This document shows positions 35,235-43,304 of a stretch of 64,000 nucleotides of DNA, one piece after another; within the stretch, counting starts at the first letter, position 1; each line of letters begins with the position of its first letter. Source of the stretch: an uncultured Candidatus Woesearchaeota archaeon (GTDB lineage Archaea > Nanobdellota > Nanobdellia > UBA10117); the NCBI GenBank assembly GCA_903864915.1, contig CAIPHS010000003.1:5345-69344 (forward strand). Reading direction: 5' to 3'. Made by a program: the position numbers and the translations under genes. Under the pieces are notes generated by a model that saw nothing but the letters and a program-made list of their open reading frames with translations, had not been told where the DNA came from and did no database searches.

Positions 35235-35882
35235 ATGCACTTAGATAGCAAACGGGGGGTAGAGCAGCCGCAACTTATTGTATATGTCTTATTTACTATA
35301 ATCCTTACCTTGTCAGGAATTTATGTCGCATTTGTTTACCTGGGCGGCATAAATATCACGTTTGATTTCCATGATTATGCGTCTCGGCTAAATGTTGTCA
35401 CATCAAAGATGATTTATTCCACAGATTGTTTCGGCATCGAAAGCTCTTATATTGCAGACGATGGCACGCATTATCAAAAAGAGATTGGCGTTATCAACTG
35501 GACTAAATTCAACAGCACGAAGACTATTCCGGAGGGGTGCGTATCAGCTGGTGACAGCCCTGTTTGGGTGGAACTGACATTCCGCGATTCGAAGATAAGC
35601 GATACCGCATGGAGCTGCTATGGGTGTCCAGCCATATGCGAAAAAGCAAAGACTGACTGTTATTCATCTTGCCAAATTGGCAGCAACCTTATGTGCATCC
35701 CAGCTTGTGATAAGGAGTTCAACAATTGTGTAAATTCTTGCATGGGCACATGCAAAGAACCTATAGACCAAGAGCTGAGCGATCCAGACAAATGGCAGCA
35801 GTCTGAAAGGAAAATACTTGTTTTCATACAAAATGGCACATCAATTGGCCTGGGTCAATTAAGAGTGAGGTTGCAGAACTGA
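35235..35882 (+). CDS. pilin-like protein, Cys-rich (215 aa)
   Basis: MHLDSKRGVEQPQLIVYVLFTIILTLSGIYVAF, with the Cys cluster CYGCPAICEKAKTDCYSSCQIGSNLMCIPACDKEFNNCVNSCMGTC. Confidence 0.6.
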   Translation: MHLDSKRGVEQPQLIVYVLFTIILTLSGIYVAFVYLGGINITFDFHDYASRLNVVTSKMIYSTDCFGIESSYIADDGTHYQKEIGVINWTKFNSTKTIPEGCVSAGDSPVWVELTFRDSKISDTAWSCYGCPAICEKAKTDCYSSCQIGSNLMCIPACDKEFNNCVNSCMGTCKEPIDQELSDPDKWQQSERKILVFIQNGTSIGLGQLRVRLQN

Positions 35883-35883
35883 T

Positions 35884-36774
35884 ATGATTAAAGGCAAAAA
35901 AGCGGGTGCAGACATGCTTATGGAGCTGGCATTGTCGGCAATAATATTTTTTGTCATCATATTTTTCCTTTTCGGCATAAACATACCAAAACAGAAACTT
36001 AACGCCTGTGCCGCGGTTGTTTCTGCAGATGCAACATTGGCCTGTGAAACCTCTTTGATGAATCTGATGAAAGCCACATCCTCTGACGGGACCCCTTATT
36101 CGGATTTCCTGATGAACAGCTGGGTAAAAAACCAGGACCCTAATGACCTTACAGCCTGGCAGGATGAGGTAACATCTATTCTTGATTTTGCTTTGGGTGC
36201 GACTGATTGGGAGATGAACATAACTTTGCCAAACGGAACTGATGTCGCATCACTCGGAGGTATAGAAACCCAGCAGCTGGGCTGCAATTATACTATGCCT
36301 TTCCCCGCTGTTCTGATAAAAAAAGACTGTGGCTATTCAGAATCCAAAACTCCTACAGTCACATCTGTAGTTTTTGACACGCCAGATGGTTCTATGAATT
36401 TCACAGTGACTGATGATAATACGTGGCTGGGTGTGGATTGCATAAGCGGTTGCACTGCGCTGCTTACGACAACATCCGTTTATGAGGCGCCGCCTCTAAA
36501 GAAAATTCCAAATGACCAGTCAGTTGTTGATTCCCTGACGCTTCCAGTAAAAAGCACCTCTGGCTACAGATATGATGTTAGTGTCGAGGAGCTTTCAGAC
36601 AGGACGGATAAATATGGCAATCCACTACCTAAATCCGGATTTGCAGTAAATGTAACATTAAGTCGCAGCTCAACGCTGCAGGATTGTGGCCTTACTGTAA
36701 CATTAAAGACCACAAATATAACTGATATGGTACAGACTTGCGCTGGCAAGCAAATCACAAGCTTAGCTACGTAA
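35884..36774 (+). CDS. pilin-like protein (296 aa)
   Basis: MIKGKKAGADMLMELALSAIIFFVIIFFLFG. Starts 2 nt after the upstream stop. Confidence 0.6.
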   Translation: MIKGKKAGADMLMELALSAIIFFVIIFFLFGINIPKQKLNACAAVVSADATLACETSLMNLMKATSSDGTPYSDFLMNSWVKNQDPNDLTAWQDEVTSILDFALGATDWEMNITLPNGTDVASLGGIETQQLGCNYTMPFPAVLIKKDCGYSESKTPTVTSVVFDTPDGSMNFTVTDDNTWLGVDCISGCTALLTTTSVYEAPPLKKIPNDQSVVDSLTLPVKSTSGYRYDVSVEELSDRTDKYGNPLPKSGFAVNVTLSRSSTLQDCGLTVTLKTTNITDMVQTCAGKQITSLAT

Positions 36775-36775
36775 A

Positions 36776-37918
36776 ATGATGTCAAAAAAAGGTCAGGGTC
36801 TGGCATTGATTTCGATACTTGTGCTAGTCGCGATTCTTTATTTCGTTTTCAAGTACAATACAGACACCTATTCATTCATAATGACCGCCGGCGATGAGCA
36901 GGCGCACCTCGTTACCGCTTATACGGAAGGGGCAAAGGCACAGTCATTTGTGCAGATAGCTGCGAGGCAGGCAGCCTTCGAGACAATTTGGAATCTTAGC
37001 GGCAAATCACAGGAAGCGAGCGCATTAGGTACGTGCGAAAAAAACCTAGCTTTTCCATCTGACTTTAAAGCACGGTTTAACAAATATCTTAGTTTATACG
37101 CGCCCGCAACAGACCTCGTAAGTACAAGCATTCCTGATTATGACTTGTCATTTGATTGTTCTTCCGGAAATAATTTGAAAATTGAGGGCAGGGGCTATTC
37201 TCAAAAGTGCGTTTTGAGCAGAACTTTCCCATTTCCCAAATATCCCTGCGAAGACCAGGATAACAGAACAAACTGTACGAACATGAACTTTGCACAAAGC
37301 GCCACTTACAACAATGGAAAGGCATGTACCTGGACTACAGACTTGAATTGCGCTGAGTCACTTCCGCAGCCAGCCTGCAGCGCTGCAAATGACAAGGACA
37401 CTTGCAACGCGATAAAAGCCAAAGACGGCAACCCCTATTGCCAATGGCAGGTTTCATACGCTGAGCCCGTTAGCGTTGTTTCGGCCCCGTTGATAAACTA
37501 CCAGTTTTCAGTGGACACAAATGCACATTTTATAGAGAACATAAGTGGCACGGAGTATGTACAGTTCACAAATGCAAGAATAAAGGCTTTCAAGCCGGGC
37601 TGCATAATCTCAGTTCCTGCGAATCTGCTGAACAATACTGCATTTGACATTTCGATATTGTATACAGGCGAAACAGAGCCTAGTGATATAAGACTCCAAG
37701 TGTCACATAGCTTTGCCCAGTTTGCTGATAGAAACCTTTCAACAGGCATAAACGGGCTTGATGCGAATGACAAATCATATGAAGATGGCAAATCATATTA
37801 CTACACAATTACTCTTACAAATAATACTTATTACGCATACGTGAGTTGCAAGGACAGCAACAGTAATAGTGTAACAGCAACAAAAGACTTTACTGTCCTG
37901 CCACCACCACAAACATGA
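36776..37918 (+). CDS. pilin-like protein with class III signal (380 aa)
   Basis: MMSKKGQGLALISILVLVAILYFVF, with a Cys-containing extracellular region. Confidence 0.65.
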   Translation: MMSKKGQGLALISILVLVAILYFVFKYNTDTYSFIMTAGDEQAHLVTAYTEGAKAQSFVQIAARQAAFETIWNLSGKSQEASALGTCEKNLAFPSDFKARFNKYLSLYAPATDLVSTSIPDYDLSFDCSSGNNLKIEGRGYSQKCVLSRTFPFPKYPCEDQDNRTNCTNMNFAQSATYNNGKACTWTTDLNCAESLPQPACSAANDKDTCNAIKAKDGNPYCQWQVSYAEPVSVVSAPLINYQFSVDTNAHFIENISGTEYVQFTNARIKAFKPGCIISVPANLLNNTAFDISILYTGETEPSDIRLQVSHSFAQFADRNLSTGINGLDANDKSYEDGKSYYYTITLTNNTYYAYVSCKDSNSNSVTATKDFTVLPPPQT

Positions 37919-37928
37919 AGGTTTCAAA

Positions 37929-40067
37929 ATGAAAAAAGGAATATCTCCAGTGGTGGCAACACTATTGACGATGATAATCATACTTGTGGCATTTGTAATC
38001 TTTGCATCCTTTTCAAAAGGCTCTTTCCTGCAGGAAAAAGTTCTGTTGTCAAAACAATCTGAGGCGATTGGAGAGATTCCATGCTCAGCGTCTCCATCAG
38101 TTCAGTTTGTGAATACGATTGCCGGAGTCTATTTCATAAACTCGAAACCTGGACTAGCGTCGAACATGATTCAATTCGTAAACTTGCCGCTAACTGCAAA
38201 GATAAGCTCATCCTGCCTTGAAGATATTGCAGTGACTTGGATTTATGGCGATGGCCAGCAGGAGGATAGGAATTGCACGTATGTTGCTGGAAAATATGTT
38301 CAACGAAACATAACGACAGGTGATGCCACAGACCTTGATTGTGGTTTCATGAATCACACTTACCTTGTAGAGCAGGGAGGCTTATGGACAATTAAGGACA
38401 TCAGGCTGCAGGTCTTTGGCTTGAGGTCAGCGTACTATACGGAAGCGGAAGCTGTGGGATTTGTAACAGATCCGAATTTCATAGTGTCATTTACAAAGGC
38501 TCCAGACACCAGCGATTACAGCTGTGTTTTGCTTAATGTAAACTCTACAAATACAATAGGCGAAAATATCAATAGTTCAAGGTTTAACATATTAGACAAC
38601 AGCAGGTTGCAGTCTGCAGAGTTTGTTAATTACTCATCAGACACAGACGCAATCGCTTCTTACAGGGCTACGGCAGGCAAGCTCCCTATCCATACCATAC
38701 AGGTGTTTGCGACACATGGGTACCAGACGACGAATTCGACAGAGGTTAAATTCAATGTGCCTGCCAAAATATTGCCCAGAAAAGAGATTTTGGTCTATGG
38801 CAGCAATGGCGACCTTGAGGTTCTTCAAAATTCAACAATGCTAAACGGTCCGGCTTGCACTTACCCAGGTAATCCTGGTTTGGGAATACCATCTTTTTTC
38901 ATTCCGCTTTGCCCATGGAATTGCGTGAAAGACGATAAAAACGCTGCAAAATGCGGTGGGCCTGATTTCCCAAGGCTAGACAATTCAAAAGATGATTTGA
39001 CTCCAGTCGCAGTCACATCCGGCGATGTCAATCTGGATGGAGGGGATGAGATAATCGTGCTGCTAAAGTCCACCGGCAAGAACAAGCACGGCGAGATACT
39101 TGCTTTCAAGAACAGCGATTTCCCAAGGGATGCAGACTTCAGCACCATATCTCTTGATTCTCTAAAGGACAAGTTCATGTATGCTGACACCTCGAATGAG
39201 AAATGGGTAGACATCGCAGTAGGGCATAATATTTCAGTTGGTGATGGCAGAGTGATTGAGAAAGCTATAATTGCATTGTCACAAGATTCCTTGGCGCTTT
39301 ACGAAGTCCAGGGAAACAGCATCGTTCTTGTAGACGAAACAGACCTGCCAACCAAAGATTATTTGGGAATAGACAGTTGGAAAAGACTCGCTACAGCGGA
39401 CTTTGACGGTGATGGGGAGGATGAGATATTGGCTTTGGGCGGAAATAGCCTTTATGGATTTAAGCGTGCAAACCTTGCTAACATGGGCCGGTATGGTATA
39501 GCACTTGATAAGAAAAATTGGGTGGGGCTTGCAGCAGGCAATCTTGATGGCGGAGGAAAAAAAGACGATGCTGTTGTGATAGCTGATAATGGTGGGATTG
39601 AGTGGATGCGAGATATTTTCTTCTGGTCCGACACATCCAAGAAAGGATCACTGATAGGTGTACCTGTAGGTAACCAGCAGTTTGAATCGAAATTCCCTAA
39701 ATGGATCGCCGTCGACCCCCCCGAATTCTCTGTCGTGTGGCGTGATATGACTGCCGCAGATGTAAACAAGGATGGGACTGATGAGCTGGTAACAATTGAT
39801 GAAAATGCCAATAACGATGAGGTCTGCATGTTCAGGTTATCTACATTGATTTCGCTGACCGCTGATGATTGGAAAACAATTGACTATAATATGACTGCAT
39901 TTAAGGAAAAAGTAACTCCTATTTGTCTCACCAGCAATGAGAAATTAACCCGCAGCGATAGTATTTATTTCGTGCCGCCCTCATCTCAAGGTGCGTCTGG
40001 CAATCCTCTTCCTCTTAATTGGGATTGGATTTCCATTGCGGCGGGAGATGTGGCATGCTTCCTGTGA
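37929..40067 (+). CDS. 712-aa pilin-signal protein with PKD-like domain and FG-GAP-like repeats (adhesin candidate)
   Basis: MKKGISPVVATLLTMIIILVAF is a canonical archaeal pilin/flagellin-type N-terminus. VTWIYGDGQ...HTY is a PKD-like motif. There are four DxDxDG-type repeats (SGDVNLDGGDEIIVL, ATADFDGDGEDEILAL, AAGNLDGGGKKDDAVVIA, TAADVNKDGTDELVTI) plus a weaker fifth segment (aa 428-452) in a propeller-like spacing. Confidence 0.7.
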   Translation: MKKGISPVVATLLTMIIILVAFVIFASFSKGSFLQEKVLLSKQSEAIGEIPCSASPSVQFVNTIAGVYFINSKPGLASNMIQFVNLPLTAKISSSCLEDIAVTWIYGDGQQEDRNCTYVAGKYVQRNITTGDATDLDCGFMNHTYLVEQGGLWTIKDIRLQVFGLRSAYYTEAEAVGFVTDPNFIVSFTKAPDTSDYSCVLLNVNSTNTIGENINSSRFNILDNSRLQSAEFVNYSSDTDAIASYRATAGKLPIHTIQVFATHGYQTTNSTEVKFNVPAKILPRKEILVYGSNGDLEVLQNSTMLNGPACTYPGNPGLGIPSFFIPLCPWNCVKDDKNAAKCGGPDFPRLDNSKDDLTPVAVTSGDVNLDGGDEIIVLLKSTGKNKHGEILAFKNSDFPRDADFSTISLDSLKDKFMYADTSNEKWVDIAVGHNISVGDGRVIEKAIIALSQDSLALYEVQGNSIVLVDETDLPTKDYLGIDSWKRLATADFDGDGEDEILALGGNSLYGFKRANLANMGRYGIALDKKNWVGLAAGNLDGGGKKDDAVVIADNGGIEWMRDIFFWSDTSKKGSLIGVPVGNQQFESKFPKWIAVDPPEFSVVWRDMTAADVNKDGTDELVTIDENANNDEVCMFRLSTLISLTADDWKTIDYNMTAFKEKVTPICLTSNEKLTRSDSIYFVPPSSQGASGNPLPLNWDWISIAAGDVACFL

Positions 40068-40234
40068 TTGGCAAAAAGGGAATGGAGACTGTTTGGTGGG
40101 TCCTTCTCGTTTTAGTGATTATGATAGTCTCCCTGCTGATATTTTTTGTATTCATAAGAAGCGGGCTAATCAAGCTTAACACGCCTCTTGGAGGAATATT
40201 CGGTAGCCTCCAGAGCATAGGGAATTCAACATGA
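40055..40234 (+). CDS. mini pilin-like peptide (59 aa)
   Basis: MLPVIGKKGMETVWWVLLVLVIMIVSLLIFFVFIRSGLIKLNTPLGGIFGSLQSIGNST. Paralog of 28299..28469. The track ORF starts earlier (40019), inside the upstream gene. Confidence 0.5.
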   Translation: MLPVIGKKGMETVWWVLLVLVIMIVSLLIFFVFIRSGLIKLNTPLGGIFGSLQSIGNST

Positions 40235-41199
40235 AAAAAGGAAAAAAAGGAGTTATAGAGCCGGCAGCAGCATTTCTGATCACCATGATTTTGATAATTG
40301 CTTTTTTCATAATGGCCTACCTGTTTTTATTTACAAGCACAGGCCCGAAAGCTTTAGACGCTTTCAATTATTATGTTGGTTCCAAGGTTGGAATAGTTGT
40401 GACACCCCAGACACTTGAGAAGCTCAAAGGCCCCACTTCATTAAGCGCGCAAATAATGGCTGTGCCGAAATCTCCAGTTTGTGCAAGTGAGCCCATTTAT
40501 TTTTCCGCATATAGCTCAACCCTGCCAGAGGGTGTTAATTTCAGCGATGCGAACTGCTATTGGGATTTTGACACCGCTACAGAACCTTGTTCGGGCATGA
40601 TAGCTCCTCCTGAGGAAATTCCATGCGCGCCTGGATCCCCTTATAATAATTCCAATACGAAGGATGACTATCAGAAGGCCATGTGCTTCGCAGTCTGGAA
40701 GGAATGGCTGAGTACGCAAGACGTGCAGCTTATTGTTGTAGCCGGGGGCAAAACAGATGCAAAAACTTTGACCGTCACAAGCGCCCTTAGCTGTGCCTGT
40801 GCCGTCAGCAGCGGAGCCAACCCTTCAGGCTGTAATGAAGAAGTTGCTACGCAGCCATGGTTGTCATCACCAGCAATAATTGAAAATTACGGAACTTTGA
40901 ATGTGAGTTTCAAAGACAGCTGGAACTTGGCAGCAGTCCATTTGATTATAGTGCCTAATGGCCAGCTGTCAAACCTGAGAGTTGGCAGTGGACCTGACAA
41001 TGGATTTATACTCAAAGGAAATCTTACAAATCCGACAATTGTTTCAGGGTCAGGGCGGGACTCATTTTTGCGTTTTATTGAAGATAAAAGGGGCGATTGC
41101 AGGCTGAACGGACTTGACCCTTGCACAATTCCGCTGGCATTTGCTTTTGATGGTTCTGGCACAATTACAGTAAAAGAAATCTGGATACCACTTTCTTAG
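40231..41199 (+). CDS. pilin-like protein with class III signal (322 aa)
   Basis: MKKGKKGVIEPAAAFLITMILIIAFFIMAYLF. The start overlaps the upstream stop (ATGA). Confidence 0.65.
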   Translation: MKKGKKGVIEPAAAFLITMILIIAFFIMAYLFLFTSTGPKALDAFNYYVGSKVGIVVTPQTLEKLKGPTSLSAQIMAVPKSPVCASEPIYFSAYSSTLPEGVNFSDANCYWDFDTATEPCSGMIAPPEEIPCAPGSPYNNSNTKDDYQKAMCFAVWKEWLSTQDVQLIVVAGGKTDAKTLTVTSALSCACAVSSGANPSGCNEEVATQPWLSSPAIIENYGTLNVSFKDSWNLAAVHLIIVPNGQLSNLRVGSGPDNGFILKGNLTNPTIVSGSGRDSFLRFIEDKRGDCRLNGLDPCTIPLAFAFDGSGTITVKEIWIPLS

Positions 41200-41387
41200 A
41201 CTAGTCCGGAGCTTATCAGAGCAAAGCCGACAAAGAAGCCGAACACCAACCCGAAAATTGTTCCCTCGACAAACCAAAGCACATCTTTCTGCAGGTTTAT
41301 TCTCGGAAAGAAAGTTGGAATATTTACATTCGCAGATTCTTTCTTTGCCCAGTGCCTAAACCTCCAATAAAGCTGGCCCATAGACAA
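41196..41387 (-). CDS. small membrane protein (63 aa)
   Basis: ORF track. C-terminal TM segment TIFGLVFGFFVGFALISSGLV. Convergent with the end of the pilus-like locus. Confidence 0.4.
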   Translation of the reverse strand: MSMGQLYWRFRHWAKKESANVNIPTFFPRINLQKDVLWFVEGTIFGLVFGFFVGFALISSGLV

Positions 41388-41417
41388 GTTTATATTAGCG
41401 CAAATTAAAAGCTTGCT

Positions 41418-42068
41418 ATGAGCCTGGCCGCTTTCAAAAGACCTTTCGGCGCAAGAGCCTTGCCCGGAATTCTGCTGTCAATGATACCAATCATAGGCTT
41501 TTTCGCTTTTGGTTACAAGCTTCTTTGTGCAAGGACCGCCATGACTGGCGATTACAGACTGCCTGGTTGGAAAGAGTGGAAAGCCATTTTTATATTTGGT
41601 TTGGGCGGAAGGATTCTGCAGGCCATTTACCTGCTTCCATGTGCAATTTCATTTTATCTTTTATGGAGAATAAATCAGAATCCAGTAACCACTTTGCTGG
41701 CATACATAAAATCTATCGAGGGCCTTCTGATAGCATTTTTCATATTAGGGCTAATTGCTGCAATCTTCTGCCCGGCATCAATCCTAAATTTTGTTGCAGA
41801 AGGCAGTTTCAAGCAAGCGTTCTCATTTCAAGTGCTGAAGCGAATGGCAACATGGAGCTATGTTGCTGGGTGGTTTTGGGCATTCTTCTATAATTTGCTG
41901 ATAATTGGAATTCTCTATACACTCCTATACTTCGTTGGAGTAGCCGCTAGTATGTTTTGGATGTATTTGTTTGTGCCTGTGATGTATATTCTGCTTTTCC
42001 TGCCAGGCATAACAACATGGACCTTACTTGGAGAGCACTGGGGAGAAGCCATCCAGAAAAGACAATAA
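41418..42068 (+). CDS. DUF4013-like polytopic membrane protein (216 aa)
   Basis: The pattern IIGFFAFGYKLLCARTAMTGDYRLPGWKEWKAIFIFGLGGRILQAIYLLP resembles the archaeal DUF4013 family as I remember it. Confidence 0.5.
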   Translation: MSLAAFKRPFGARALPGILLSMIPIIGFFAFGYKLLCARTAMTGDYRLPGWKEWKAIFIFGLGGRILQAIYLLPCAISFYLLWRINQNPVTTLLAYIKSIEGLLIAFFILGLIAAIFCPASILNFVAEGSFKQAFSFQVLKRMATWSYVAGWFWAFFYNLLIIGILYTLLYFVGVAASMFWMYLFVPVMYILLFLPGITTWTLLGEHWGEAIQKRQ

Positions 42069-42070
42069 AA

Positions 42071-42298
42071 TCAAACCACAATTAAAGTTGAGGTTTTCTT
42101 GACGCCGCCTATTCCCCTTATGTTCTTGAGGATGAAATCGCCGAGCATGGAAACATCAGGCACTTTTAATTTTGTTATTATGTCCCATTCGCCATAGATC
42201 AATTCCGCTTCTTCAACCTCGTCGAGTTCCTGGAGGTCTTCTATAACGTCCTTTTCCATACCAGAATCAGCCATAACCAACAAATACGCTGTAACCAT
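42071..42298 (-). CDS. stand-alone Lrp/AsnC-type ligand-binding (RAM) domain protein (75 aa)
   Basis: AYLLVMADSGMEKDVIEDLQELDEVEEAELIYGEWDIITKLKVPD...IRGIGGVKKTSTLIVV is the typical AsnC_trans_reg pattern. Confidence 0.65.
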   Translation of the reverse strand: MVTAYLLVMADSGMEKDVIEDLQELDEVEEAELIYGEWDIITKLKVPDVSMLGDFILKNIRGIGGVKKTSTLIVV

Positions 42299-42362
42299 AA
42301 TTATTGAGTGGGCATTTAATTATTTAAAGGTTTTCAGTTATAGGATTATAAGACTAACTAAT

Positions 42363-43232
42363 ATGCCGATAAACGCAGGTCCGGAATACGCGAAAGCTCA
42401 GGAAGAATATTTCAAAGCTAGCACAACTGAAGAGAAAATCGCAGGCTTGAAGAAGATGATCACGACTGCGCCAAAGCACAAAGGTTCTGAGAAGCTTTTG
42501 CAGCAGCTCAAGAGAAGCCTGTCCGATTTGAAGAAGGATCAGATAAAAGAAAAGAAAGCAGGCAAAGGCAAAAGATTTGCAATAAAGAAGGGGGGTGCTG
42601 CAACAGTAGTTTTCATCAGCGTTCCCGATTCCGGTAAGTCAAAACTTTTCTCGAACCTCACAGAGATGAAATACGAAGGAGAGAATAATTACACGACAAA
42701 GATGAGGATGATTCCCTATGAGAATGTCTGGCTGCAGGGAATAGATTTGCCCGCATTCTATGCAAATTTTTCAGAATCATCAGATGCCGCCCAGATTTTC
42801 GGGCTGGTTAGGACTTCAGACGTCATAGTTATAATTGCAAATGATGAGGCTGAGCTGGAACTTTTAGAACGTGCGCTGAAGAAGGCAAACATAACATTTG
42901 GTGCTGTGAAAAGGCAGGATATGAATATGGTAACTTTGCCAGTGGTAGCAGTATCTTCTGACGCAAACGTGGGTGAATTGAAGGAAAGCATCTGGCAGAA
43001 GTCAGGCAAAATTCGCGTGCAGACAAAGACAAAAGCAGGAGTTGCCCCAAAGCCAGTTGTTCTCAAAAAGGGTGCCACTATAAAGGAACTTGCACAGACC
43101 ATACATCATGATTTCGTCAGGAATTTCAAATATGCGAAAGTCTGGGGCCCGTCAGCGAAATTCCGGGGCCAGAGTGTCGGCTTCGAGCACAAGCTGGCAG
43201 ACAAGGACATCGTCGAAGTATTTACAAAGTAG
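42363..43232 (+). CDS. DRG-family GTPase-like protein with C-terminal TGS domain; G motifs degenerate
   Basis: N-terminal helical region, a G1-like ISVPDSGKSKL, a G3-like IDLPA, and TGS-like KPVVLKKGATIKELAQTIHHDF...VGFEHKLADKDIVEVFTK. Confidence 0.6.
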   Translation: MPINAGPEYAKAQEEYFKASTTEEKIAGLKKMITTAPKHKGSEKLLQQLKRSLSDLKKDQIKEKKAGKGKRFAIKKGGAATVVFISVPDSGKSKLFSNLTEMKYEGENNYTTKMRMIPYENVWLQGIDLPAFYANFSESSDAAQIFGLVRTSDVIVIIANDEAELELLERALKKANITFGAVKRQDMNMVTLPVVAVSSDANVGELKESIWQKSGKIRVQTKTKAGVAPKPVVLKKGATIKELAQTIHHDFVRNFKYAKVWGPSAKFRGQSVGFEHKLADKDIVEVFTK

Positions 43233-43304
43233 TTTCGACGGACTTGCTATGGCAAGTATAATCGAAATCTTTACAAAGTAGAAATAGTTTTCTAAATGTA
43301 GGAT

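Noticed and set aside
41418-42068. Polytopic membrane protein just after the pilus-like locus, considered as the missing prepilin peptidase
   Set aside because: I could find no pair of membrane-embedded Asp residues and no GxGD-type motif. The sequence pattern fits DUF4013-like proteins instead.
43209-43281. 24-nt imperfect direct repeat of the DRG-like gene 3' end: atcgtcgaagtatttacaaagtag versus ataatcgaaatctttacaaagtag, both ending in FTK-stop
   Set aside because: It is short (20 of 24 matches). It could be a small duplication scar, but I cannot attach a function, and the 63-aa ORF covering it looks spurious.
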